IMG/VR virus record: IMGVR_UViG_3300025571_000387
Location: 1 to 29,115 of that record
Strand: one strand, 5' to 3'
DNA length: 29,115 nt
Source: a virus
Taxonomy: Duplodnaviria; Caudoviricetes
This document shows positions 7,978-16,578 of the stretch, piece by piece. The notes beneath the pieces are model-generated. The model searched no databases. It saw only the letters and a list, made by a program, of their open reading frames with translations, and had not been told where the DNA came from. A program made the position numbers and the translations under genes. How positions within the stretch are numbered: the stretch's first letter is position 1; every line of letters begins with the position of its first letter.

Positions 7978-8523
7978 ATGAACAATATCTATCAAGCAAC
8001 CTATTCTTCTTTCTCGGGCGCAGATATTGTGGCGACCATTACCCCGTTAAACGGGAAGCCTGTCGTATTTGCAGAGATTCAAACCATTTCCTATAGCATT
8101 TATCGACCAACGACCCCTGTTTATACATTAGGACGAATCAATCCAAAAGGAGTTGTTCGCGGCCAGCGAACCATCGCGGGATCCTTGATTTTTACCGTAT
8201 TTGACCGCCATGTGCTGCGCTCCGTGATAGATTCTTACGCAGAAGCGGCAAAAGGGAAAAACGCCATCTATAAATTCACGAATGATGAATTAAAAGATTT
8301 AAGAAGGAATGCAAAGACCGATGAAATGCCGCCGTTTGATATCAACATCACGTTTCTCAATGAATATGGCCATCAAGCCACGTTGAACATTTATGGGGTA
8401 CATATCCTCACAGAAGGACAAACCATGTCCATTGAGGATATGATCACGGAGAATACGATGCAATATATCGCAATGGATATTGACTTGATGGAGAACGTGG
8501 CAAAGGCTAAGCAAAACTATTAA
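7978..8523 (+). CDS. Tail tube-like protein (paralogue 2)
   Basis: Clear paralogue of 7334..7900: YSSFSGADIVAT, IAGSLIFTVFDR, DEMPPFDINITFLNEYG, IYGVHILTEG. Confidence 0.8.
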   Translation: MNNIYQATYSSFSGADIVATITPLNGKPVVFAEIQTISYSIYRPTTPVYTLGRINPKGVVRGQRTIAGSLIFTVFDRHVLRSVIDSYAEAAKGKNAIYKFTNDELKDLRRNAKTDEMPPFDINITFLNEYGHQATLNIYGVHILTEGQTMSIEDMITENTMQYIAMDIDLMENVAKAKQNY

Positions 8524-8541
8524 AAAGGCGGTGAGCAACCC

Positions 8542-9312
8542 ATGCCTACTTGGACGTATCAATACCCTGATCATGGAAATGCCGAGTATCGAAGATTCAA
8601 CAGCGATTATTACACAGGCGCGGATATTCGCATCTACTTTGAAGATATTTGGGTAGATGAGATTACAAGCCTGCAATTTACCATGCAGGAAAATGTAGCG
8701 CCGATCTATGGGTATGCTTCCTACACATGGGATCGAGTGGCGAGAGGAAATCGAATCATTCAGGGAACATTTAATATCAATTTTAAAGAAAGTTACTATT
8801 TACATTCTGTGTTGAATCGCTTAGAGTCAAAGTGGAAAGAGCGAAAATCCAAGGACAATGCGGTATTCAGTTATAAACAGTTCCTGAATGGGCTCACGAT
8901 TGAACACTTATTGAGCAGCGATGAACAGACTTTTGAAGAGGTCGCCATGCAGTTTGAGCAGTCCTTATGGGGATCGACCAAAAACGAGAAAATCAAATCT
9001 CAAACCAACGACAGATCTCAAAACTCCTACTTCTACCCGAATTTCTATGCCATTGGTGACGATGGGAAGAAAAACTACGCCTCTTATTCCCAACCTCATT
9101 TAAGAGAACACGGATTCAATATTGTGATTGCTTATGGCCCTTACAATATCAAAGGTGGCGGCGCTTCGGGAGGCCCTGGAACTGTTCACACCATTCGCAA
9201 TGTCCAATTAACAGGTGTATCCCAAATCATTGGATTGGACGGGAGACCTGTTGAGGAACAATACACCTTTATTGCAAAAGACTTGGATGTCAACGTCGTA
9301 CAAAAAGATTAA
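8542..9312 (+). CDS. Tail tube-like protein (paralogue 3, possible tube initiator)
   Basis: YYTGADIRI, APIYGYAS, RGNRIIQGTF and EEQYTFIAKD align with the tube motifs. It has a large central insertion. Confidence 0.7.
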   Translation: MPTWTYQYPDHGNAEYRRFNSDYYTGADIRIYFEDIWVDEITSLQFTMQENVAPIYGYASYTWDRVARGNRIIQGTFNINFKESYYLHSVLNRLESKWKERKSKDNAVFSYKQFLNGLTIEHLLSSDEQTFEEVAMQFEQSLWGSTKNEKIKSQTNDRSQNSYFYPNFYAIGDDGKKNYASYSQPHLREHGFNIVIAYGPYNIKGGGASGGPGTVHTIRNVQLTGVSQIIGLDGRPVEEQYTFIAKDLDVNVVQKD

Positions 9313-9337
9313 TATCACGATATAGGAGGAGAAGAAA

Positions 9338-9781
9338 ATGGCAAAGAAAAAGCAAGTACCAGTAGAGCAAGAGGTATTGGAAGTGGAAGCAGTGGAAGAA
9401 GTAGAAGAAGCAACAGAAGAAATTCATCCTGATTTAATCGGTCCTGATGGAAAAGAATTATTGTTTCCAAATGGCCCGACATTGGAGCAAGTAGAAGAAT
9501 GGAAATCACTTTTCGGAGGAGAAGTGTATCTCACGGAATTTGACGAAGAAGTATTCTTATGGCGACCAATCAAACGGAAAGAATACAAAGATATTATGAA
9601 GCTGCAAAATGCAGACAGCTTCTACAAAGAAGAACGGATCTGTGAACGCTGCGTCTTATGGCCTGAAAACTACAACTTCATGGCCATGACACAAGGAAAA
9701 GCAGGAATTCCGACATTGCTTGCGGAGTTAATCATGGAAAAATCGGGATTCCAAGCTCGCACAGGAGCAATGAAGCTGTAA
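9338..9781 (+). CDS. Tail assembly chaperone (short form)
   Basis: Lies between tube and tape-measure genes, acidic, and EQVEEWKSLFGGEVY...FLWRPIKRKEY is a chaperone-like pattern. Confidence 0.65.
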   Translation: MAKKKQVPVEQEVLEVEAVEEVEEATEEIHPDLIGPDGKELLFPNGPTLEQVEEWKSLFGGEVYLTEFDEEVFLWRPIKRKEYKDIMKLQNADSFYKEERICERCVLWPENYNFMAMTQGKAGIPTLLAELIMEKSGFQARTGAMKL

Positions 9782-9796
9782 GACCCACGAACATCG

Positions 9797-9825
9797 GGGA
9801 GGGGACAAACGTCCCCTCCTTTTTC
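9797..9825 (+). terminator. Rho-independent terminator
   Basis: Perfect 9-bp stem GGAGGGGAC-AAAC-GTCCCCTCC followed by TTTTT. Confidence 0.85.
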
Positions 9826-9846
9826 AATCAGAAGGGAGGATTATTC

Positions 9847-10392
9847 ATGGAAGAAAAGCACATCCTATCTAAAGAAGAAAAACAACAAATCAAAGAAGAA
9901 TTGGATCGAAAAATTCGAGAGTGGAAAGAAAAATATCACGCCATTTACATGACCGAAGTGAAAGGTATCGTCTTTATTTGGAGAGGGCTCTCCCTATCCG
10001 AGTTTCGAAAAGCAAATGAATGGTTTGATGATGATTACGAACGGGCGGAGTATGTATGCAAGCAATGTGTCCTAGAGCCGATAATCGAAGATTACAGTGA
10101 TGAAATCTATGCAGGGATTCCAGAAGTACTGACGGAAAATATTTTGCGTGAATCAGGATTTACTTCCGATACCAAAAAACTGGACCTCATGATTCAGCAA
10201 TACGAAGCACAAATGACTACTTTTGATAATCAAATCGCCTGCATTATCAAAGAAGCGTTCCCTGAATACACCATTGAGGAAATTGAATCCTGGACGATGG
10301 AAAAAATGTTATGGCATTACGCACGGGCAAAATGGATGCTAGAGAACTTGCGAGGAGTCATGATCAATAGAGAAGAAGTAACTCCTCAATAA
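9847..10392 (+). CDS. Tail assembly chaperone paralogue (long form)
   Basis: Paralogue of 9338..9781 (FIWR/FLWR, CKQCVL/CERCVL, AGIP...ESGF/AGIP...KSGF) with a C-terminal extension. It has its own RBS (GGGAGGA). Confidence 0.65.
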   Translation: MEEKHILSKEEKQQIKEELDRKIREWKEKYHAIYMTEVKGIVFIWRGLSLSEFRKANEWFDDDYERAEYVCKQCVLEPIIEDYSDEIYAGIPEVLTENILRESGFTSDTKKLDLMIQQYEAQMTTFDNQIACIIKEAFPEYTIEEIESWTMEKMLWHYARAKWMLENLRGVMINREEVTPQ

Positions 10393-10411
10393 GATCGCGG
10401 AGGGACCAACC

Positions 10412-13400
10412 ATGGCAGATCAAGAATATTTACATTCCCAGAAAAAACAAGAGGATAGTATCATCGAACAGGCAGCAAAAACCTCCCTTGTCGCAGGGGC
10501 TGGGTTCCTTGCCTTTCGCTATCGAAGACAGATTGCTTCCGCTGGGGTGAAGATAGCAGGATATGGGACTTCCCTTACTATGTCCGCCATTAGTCGATTA
10601 GCGCACAGTGAAAATGTGGCTGCGGTCACAGCGGCGGCAAGAGCGATCCATCATGCGGTGGAATCCCAAGGGGGACGTCCAACGATTAGCTCCATGATCA
10701 GAAACCGCAAACAAATGATGGGGAAAATGGAAGAGTCCCTTCAGATGACCGCAGAGCGAATCCGAAATCGGTCAGGGTCTTTTCCAGGAGAAGGGCAGTC
10801 TTTAGAGATTATCGAGAATTTTTATAATCGGTTCCGCAGTTATAAATGGGAGATACGAGCCCAGGAACGCGCATTAATGTTTGATAAAATTGTACAGCAC
10901 TTAACCGTTCAAGCTCCGAAACAGGTGGAGCAAGGATTAATCCACTTTTTAGCGGATAAAGACGACGATTTCTTTCTAAATCCTACTAGGGCAAAAGTAC
11001 AAGGATTTATTGAACAGTATGGTGGCAGAAGTGTTCCAAGTGGGAAGGCACAGGAAAACGGATTAGCTAGGGCTCTCGAATTTACTGATGAGATTGAGCG
11101 AAAGAAGTTTGAAGACACCCTACTTGAAACATTAGAGGAATATCGAGATCTTGGAAAGATTCCTGTTGCGGAACGCCGAGGATGGGTTCGTAGGGAGGAT
11201 CCAGAAACAGGGAAGCTTCGAAAGGAAAAACAGCCGTATTTTGGACAGGAAGGTATTCGTGATCTTCATGTTCAAGGATTTAAAGAAGATCATACCTTTG
11301 AAAAAATGGTACAAGAAGACGCTTGGTACGCCTTTCAAGTAAAAGCCCAAGCCACCAGAGGCTATCGTCCTGTTACGGTGGATGACGCCATCGAGTTAGG
11401 TCTTTTTAAAGAAAATGAATTGCTTGTCCCTGGTAAAGACGGTTCTTATCGGCGTTCCAATGTGGAGAGCCGATTAAAAACCTTGCGCCGTCTGGATCCT
11501 GATGTCGGAAAACTTATTGTCGACCGCAACCTTTGGATTAACGACGCGGGAGAAATCGTGGACTTGCGCCGCGCGGTGCGCGCAGGCATGAAAATGCTCT
11601 CGGGAATACGAGATAATACGCAAATTCCTTTCCTTCGTTTTAACCCTCTGGACTTATTGCATTTCACCACGATTCAATCTTGGAAAGAAGCGCCAACGAG
11701 CTATATTCTCCGCCGTGGAACCATTGATCCGCTCTTAAAAGGAGCGGTGCGTCATCCTGTCCTGCAAGCGCATAACCAAGATGCCGCAGTCGGTGTCTTG
11801 TCTAGAGATTACTTATACATGAATAACAAGGTGTATGACCTTGTGACAGGGGAGCTTGTCGATCAGGATGTGTATCTCAACTCCGCTCGTTTTGGGATGA
11901 TGCCGCGTATCACGGCATCCATTGCCAATCTCCACAATAAAGACCTTCGCAATCAGAATTTCTTCCAACGCCTATTCGCCCTTGGCGGACAAGAAACGGT
12001 ATCTGATCTTCGAAGAATGATGAGCATGGTCACCAAGTTTAGCGATAAAGAATGGGCGCCAAACATGCTCTCTATCTTCCTTCGAAGAGGAGAGGTCCCA
12101 GATTTGCAAGAAACGGAGTCGGTATATAAAGTATTTCATAATATGTTGGACACCCAAGCAGGACCTCTTTCGGATCGGGTTGCTTCTTTCTTGCAGCGGC
12201 ATGTTCGACAAGCGTATGGACAAGTTGAAATAGACTTGACCAAGCTGCGTACCGAAGAAGAAATTATGGGAACGCTTGGTCGAATTCGGGAAGCCTATCA
12301 AGATGCTTCTTCAGGACTGGTTCGGAACGAAGAACTCATTAAAGAAATCGATAAGTTCTGGAACCAATACTATCGCCATCCAATGGAATTTGTGAAAGGA
12401 AAACGGATCCGAACCGATCACGGCCCTGTCTATCCAGAAATGATTTCGGTGGCAGATCAGCATGAAACGGATTTAATCAGCCGTATTGAAGACGCGAAGC
12501 GGCTCATTCATCGACATGCCATTGAACAAATCCGCTACGCTTCGAAAGGAAGAATCACCGCAGGATCCTTGGTTCGCAGCGGCATTCAATCAGGTGAATT
12601 AACCAAAGATGCTTTAGATGAGGTTCGCAATCTCACCACCTTAACCGAAATGAGAAAATGGTGGGAAGATGTCTACCTCAACGGTCCGCAAGCGAAAGAA
12701 GAAGCATTAAAAGAATTCCGAGATGTTGTTCGTCAAGCGGATAGCCCTCTGGCTTCTTCCCTTGCTCAGTCTGCTTTGAAATTTTATCCAAAGTGGGGTG
12801 TAGGGATTTCACAAGAGCCGCAGAGCTATTTTGGTTATGTAGGATGGCAAATTGGAAGAAAAGCACGAGGATATCGATATGCCTTAGAGCAATTCAATGA
12901 ATACGTCAAACAAGGAGATAGCCCACTCAAAGCAGGAGTGAAGTCGGTTTGGGATGTCGTCGGACAGCCATTTGCGGGCCGTCGGAACCTAGAAGACTTC
13001 ACAACGATTTCTGCCTTTTCTTATTACTTTGCAGAGCGTCTTGACAATGCGCTTGCCAAAGTGGGGCTTGGTCTTCCTCAACATCTACGTGGAAGCGCCC
13101 AAAGCATTCTCTTCCATCAATTCGCAAGACGCATTGTCCTTCCATATGTGGCTTACCAACAACTCAAGTGGCTGGATGACACGACAGGAGACTTCTTTAG
13201 CGACACCATTGCCGATACCTATGTCAATATGCGCCTAGATATGGCGTGGTTCAAAGATTTAATCGGCCTGAATGCCATTGGAAAACAATGGGCAGGAGTT
13301 TTTGCTGGCACCGACCAAATCATGAGCTTGCCATTTATGCAGGCGCTTCGCACCGCCACCTTTGGTCTCATTGGTGACACTAGAAGCGAAGAAGAACTCC

Positions 13401-16400
13401 GCCGTTATTATGAATCAGGAGAAGATCCGATTCGTAAAGGCCGCTTCTGGGGAATAGGTTCGAATACTCCTTGGATGGGCGGAAAAATTGACCGCTATGA
13501 ACCAAACTGGTACCGCAAGTTAAAATCCGATTGGCAGTACACGGATACGATGTACGGAAGCGCCAGTGAGTACTGGGCGAACCACTGGGTGCCAACTTTA
13601 ACCCATCCATTTGCTCCGCTTCGCCATTTCTTATTCGATCCGTATCACTGGGAGAAAAAACACGCAGAGGATCGTCCATATCCGATTACAGGCGGCATTC
13701 CTGAATTGGAGCAAATCCCTATTATTGGACCGCTTTTGGACAATACGATTGGGCGTGTGTTAAAACCTCGCATTAAACATCCTGAATTGGAAAAAGCACA
13801 TCGCCAGTATCTCCAAGAAATCAACGAATACATCCGCGGTCAATATGCCGCAGGGGGCGATGGCGGCACCGTTCAATTTATGCCTGCGGGAAGCTATCAA
13901 TTGACCGTAGAGGAAGATGGCGAAGGGATAGAGATGATCGGCGCGGAAGATGGCACAGGTGGAGAATCAGCAGGCGGAGAGATTGCCTCTGGAGACATTG
14001 TTGTTCCACGCGGTGCGGTGGGGTCCGCAAAAGGTGTTAATCTTGCTTCTCGGGCGCAGCTTGCCGCATTAAACCTTGGACTTGCTCGCGGAGGCAGTCC
14101 TGTCCGATCCATCACTTCGCTAGACGATCTTCGAGATCCTGATGTAGTGGCGGAATTGCAAGACATTGGAACCATGGGTAGTGCCTCTGGCGTAGCGCGA
14201 GACGTGTTCTATAGCATTTCCGAGTTAGCGGGGATTTACGGGTTCAGCTTGAAATCCTTAATCGGATTTGACGAAAGCGGTCGCGGTCTCACTTTAGAGC
14301 CTTCTAGCCGTATAATGGCTTATGCTCGGGCATGGTGGGATCTCGAAATGGGAAGCTTGGACTTTATTCCATTCTTAAACGGCGCTTTCTCCGAGATTTT
14401 CCGCCGTTATGTACCTCGGGATCCAAATAAGCAATCGTACTATAACCCAATTCGCAACACCATGCCTGACTGGTTGCCAGGAGTCGAATACTTCATTGAC
14501 TTTAAACATGGCGACCCGTATGCAAAAATCCCACATGGGGAAATGCGTTTACCTGGCGAAGCCTACGAGCGCCTCTACAAACTTCATCCTGATGCGTTTG
14601 GAAAATATGGTGCTTTTGACCGATTTCGCATTCTAGCCGATGTGGCTCCGTATTCCGAGCAGTATAAGTTCTATCGCCGCATCGTCTCTGCGATGAACCG
14701 ACAAGGGCTTCTTACGGAGGAAATGAAAGAAGAATATGCGGAAATTCGGGATCAGGTGGCAAGCCGAAAGCGCAAGTACCTGATGTATCCAAGACGTTTT
14801 GGCAATGCGGACATCATTAAATACGATGTCACCATCACGCAAGTCCTTGACCAAAACACCTTCCTCACCAAAGAATTCGGAAGCACGCCAATTAAATTAG
14901 CAGGGGTTCATGTCAAATCCGATGATGAGGAAGCGAAAGCCTTCTTAAGCCAATATATTTATGAAGGTGCCAAAGTAACCATCGGTATTGATGCAGACCC
15001 ACTTTTCCGTGTCCGTGATGATACGATGCGCACGATACGGGCGGTGGTTTACGCAGGAAACAACGAAGAAGGGCTTCCTTTCTATCTAAGCACCAAAGGA
15101 CAAAACATTAACTACATGCTTGCTCATCGAAAATTCGGTGCCTTTATGGGAATGTTCGGCGGTAAGAATAATGTCTCCATTCGAGACGATGGAAGCGCCG
15201 TAGCGACCCGAGCCCTATACAGCGAAGACCAGATTACTGTCGGGAAGCTATGGGAGTTCTTGGTGCATGACGTCTTCCCGAACCTTCCAGTGGCGGGTCC
15301 GATCTTCGATAAATTCTTGCAAGTACGCTCTCCACTGGAGCAGTACAAGCGCCTCTTATATGGCAAAGAGTGGAGACCATGGAATGAGCCAATCAAAAGC
15401 TGGTTGATTCCAATGGTAGAAACCATTGCGGAACGTCATCCGATCCTTGCTGCTGCTCAAGGATATGGAATCGGATGGCTCATCGGTCGGAAACGATTTG
15501 GGAAGTTCTACGGAAAATATATTGGAGCCGCAATTACTGGCTTGATGTCTACGGTTCGCGTCTTTGATGAGCAAATCGGAAAACTTCTTCCAGGTGGGCA
15601 AGAAACATGGATTCCTGAACGCCGACAAAAAGAACGGGAAATTGAAGAGTACTTTGACATCTTAAAATATGTCAAGTACCGCGGGCTTTATGAACGAGCC
15701 AGAGAGATCGCCATTGAAAGAGAAGGCATCGACGTCGAAGAACTCATTCGTGAACAAAAAGAGCGCGGAGAAGAAGTCAAATCTCGTCGTCGCGTCCTTC
15801 AAACGATGAAAAAATGGCTTTCCATCAATAAGAAATTAGGTTATGGTGATAAAGAGATTATTGAAGAACGACTCAAAGAAGTGCGAGAAGACTTCAAAAA
15901 ACTAGACGAAGATCGTCCTGCCTACAAATTAGGGCCATACGCACTTCTTGCCTTGCGCTATCACGCGGAATATACCTCTACGCTTTACGGGGCAGACCCG
16001 AATGGCAACCTCGTTCAAATCTTCCGCGCCCTTCCTGCCAAAGATCGGGAGTTCTTCACGGAATTCTTAAAAGCCTCTCCTGAAGAACGAGAAGAGATCC
16101 TTCGACTTGTTCCTCGCAACCAACGCCGCTTCTATCAGGCAAAATGGGGGCTGGAGCAAGATGAGCGCCCGAGCCTGTCCACGTACTTTAAGACGCACTA
16201 TTTGCCAGGACCTGACTGGGCTGGATGGCGTCCTGACGTTAGCCTAGATGACATTAAAGTCAAAGTCGTGCAAAACGAAGGTCTAGAGTTAACAGAGTTT
16301 GGCTTGTGGCAGGATGATGTGAAGCGAGCAGAGCAATCAGGTGTCAAACCTGTTCCGATTCGAAGCATCAGCTCAGCCATTGATGTAGCGAGACTGGAAA

Positions 16401-16564
16401 AAGTGCTTCATGGCGCAGGATTAAAAGATGTGGAAGTCACCATGACCGTTGGACAATCCTCTCAAAACGAAAACTATATCGACCTCACGTTTGACCTCAT
16501 CAAAGATCGGACCAAGGAGATTATTCAAGAAATGAACAATAACTTTAGCAGCATCTTTGGATAA
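10412..16564 (+). CDS. Tape-measure-like / ejected protein, 2050 aa, with an internal degenerate SNase-like domain
   Basis: Very long ORF directly after the chaperones, largely helical, with Gly/Ala-rich hydrophobic segments (~10472-10520, ~15437-15555). SNase-like motifs at ~14825-15140. Confidence 0.65.
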   Translation: MADQEYLHSQKKQEDSIIEQAAKTSLVAGAGFLAFRYRRQIASAGVKIAGYGTSLTMSAISRLAHSENVAAVTAAARAIHHAVESQGGRPTISSMIRNRKQMMGKMEESLQMTAERIRNRSGSFPGEGQSLEIIENFYNRFRSYKWEIRAQERALMFDKIVQHLTVQAPKQVEQGLIHFLADKDDDFFLNPTRAKVQGFIEQYGGRSVPSGKAQENGLARALEFTDEIERKKFEDTLLETLEEYRDLGKIPVAERRGWVRREDPETGKLRKEKQPYFGQEGIRDLHVQGFKEDHTFEKMVQEDAWYAFQVKAQATRGYRPVTVDDAIELGLFKENELLVPGKDGSYRRSNVESRLKTLRRLDPDVGKLIVDRNLWINDAGEIVDLRRAVRAGMKMLSGIRDNTQIPFLRFNPLDLLHFTTIQSWKEAPTSYILRRGTIDPLLKGAVRHPVLQAHNQDAAVGVLSRDYLYMNNKVYDLVTGELVDQDVYLNSARFGMMPRITASIANLHNKDLRNQNFFQRLFALGGQETVSDLRRMMSMVTKFSDKEWAPNMLSIFLRRGEVPDLQETESVYKVFHNMLDTQAGPLSDRVASFLQRHVRQAYGQVEIDLTKLRTEEEIMGTLGRIREAYQDASSGLVRNEELIKEIDKFWNQYYRHPMEFVKGKRIRTDHGPVYPEMISVADQHETDLISRIEDAKRLIHRHAIEQIRYASKGRITAGSLVRSGIQSGELTKDALDEVRNLTTLTEMRKWWEDVYLNGPQAKEEALKEFRDVVRQADSPLASSLAQSALKFYPKWGVGISQEPQSYFGYVGWQIGRKARGYRYALEQFNEYVKQGDSPLKAGVKSVWDVVGQPFAGRRNLEDFTTISAFSYYFAERLDNALAKVGLGLPQHLRGSAQSILFHQFARRIVLPYVAYQQLKWLDDTTGDFFSDTIADTYVNMRLDMAWFKDLIGLNAIGKQWAGVFAGTDQIMSLPFMQALRTATFGLIGDTRSEEELRRYYESGEDPIRKGRFWGIGSNTPWMGGKIDRYEPNWYRKLKSDWQYTDTMYGSASEYWANHWVPTLTHPFAPLRHFLFDPYHWEKKHAEDRPYPITGGIPELEQIPIIGPLLDNTIGRVLKPRIKHPELEKAHRQYLQEINEYIRGQYAAGGDGGTVQFMPAGSYQLTVEEDGEGIEMIGAEDGTGGESAGGEIASGDIVVPRGAVGSAKGVNLASRAQLAALNLGLARGGSPVRSITSLDDLRDPDVVAELQDIGTMGSASGVARDVFYSISELAGIYGFSLKSLIGFDESGRGLTLEPSSRIMAYARAWWDLEMGSLDFIPFLNGAFSEIFRRYVPRDPNKQSYYNPIRNTMPDWLPGVEYFIDFKHGDPYAKIPHGEMRLPGEAYERLYKLHPDAFGKYGAFDRFRILADVAPYSEQYKFYRRIVSAMNRQGLLTEEMKEEYAEIRDQVASRKRKYLMYPRRFGNADIIKYDVTITQVLDQNTFLTKEFGSTPIKLAGVHVKSDDEEAKAFLSQYIYEGAKVTIGIDADPLFRVRDDTMRTIRAVVYAGNNEEGLPFYLSTKGQNINYMLAHRKFGAFMGMFGGKNNVSIRDDGSAVATRALYSEDQITVGKLWEFLVHDVFPNLPVAGPIFDKFLQVRSPLEQYKRLLYGKEWRPWNEPIKSWLIPMVETIAERHPILAAAQGYGIGWLIGRKRFGKFYGKYIGAAITGLMSTVRVFDEQIGKLLPGGQETWIPERRQKEREIEEYFDILKYVKYRGLYERAREIAIEREGIDVEELIREQKERGEEVKSRRRVLQTMKKWLSINKKLGYGDKEIIEERLKEVREDFKKLDEDRPAYKLGPYALLALRYHAEYTSTLYGADPNGNLVQIFRALPAKDREFFTEFLKASPEEREEILRLVPRNQRRFYQAKWGLEQDERPSLSTYFKTHYLPGPDWAGWRPDVSLDDIKVKVVQNEGLELTEFGLWQDDVKRAEQSGVKPVPIRSISSAIDVARLEKVLHGAGLKDVEVTMTVGQSSQNENYIDLTFDLIKDRTKEIIQEMNNNFSSIFG

Positions 16565-16578
16565 AAGAAGGTGAGAAC

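Noticed and set aside
3556-9312. Headless contractile injection system or tailocin, suggested by multiple sheath and tube paralogues
   Set aside because: A capsid gene and neck genes lie in the same operon, which indicates a complete phage.
9740-9850. Programmed frameshift joining the two chaperone genes
   Set aside because: No evident slippery heptamer near the first stop. The genes do not overlap, a terminator separates them and the second has its own RBS.
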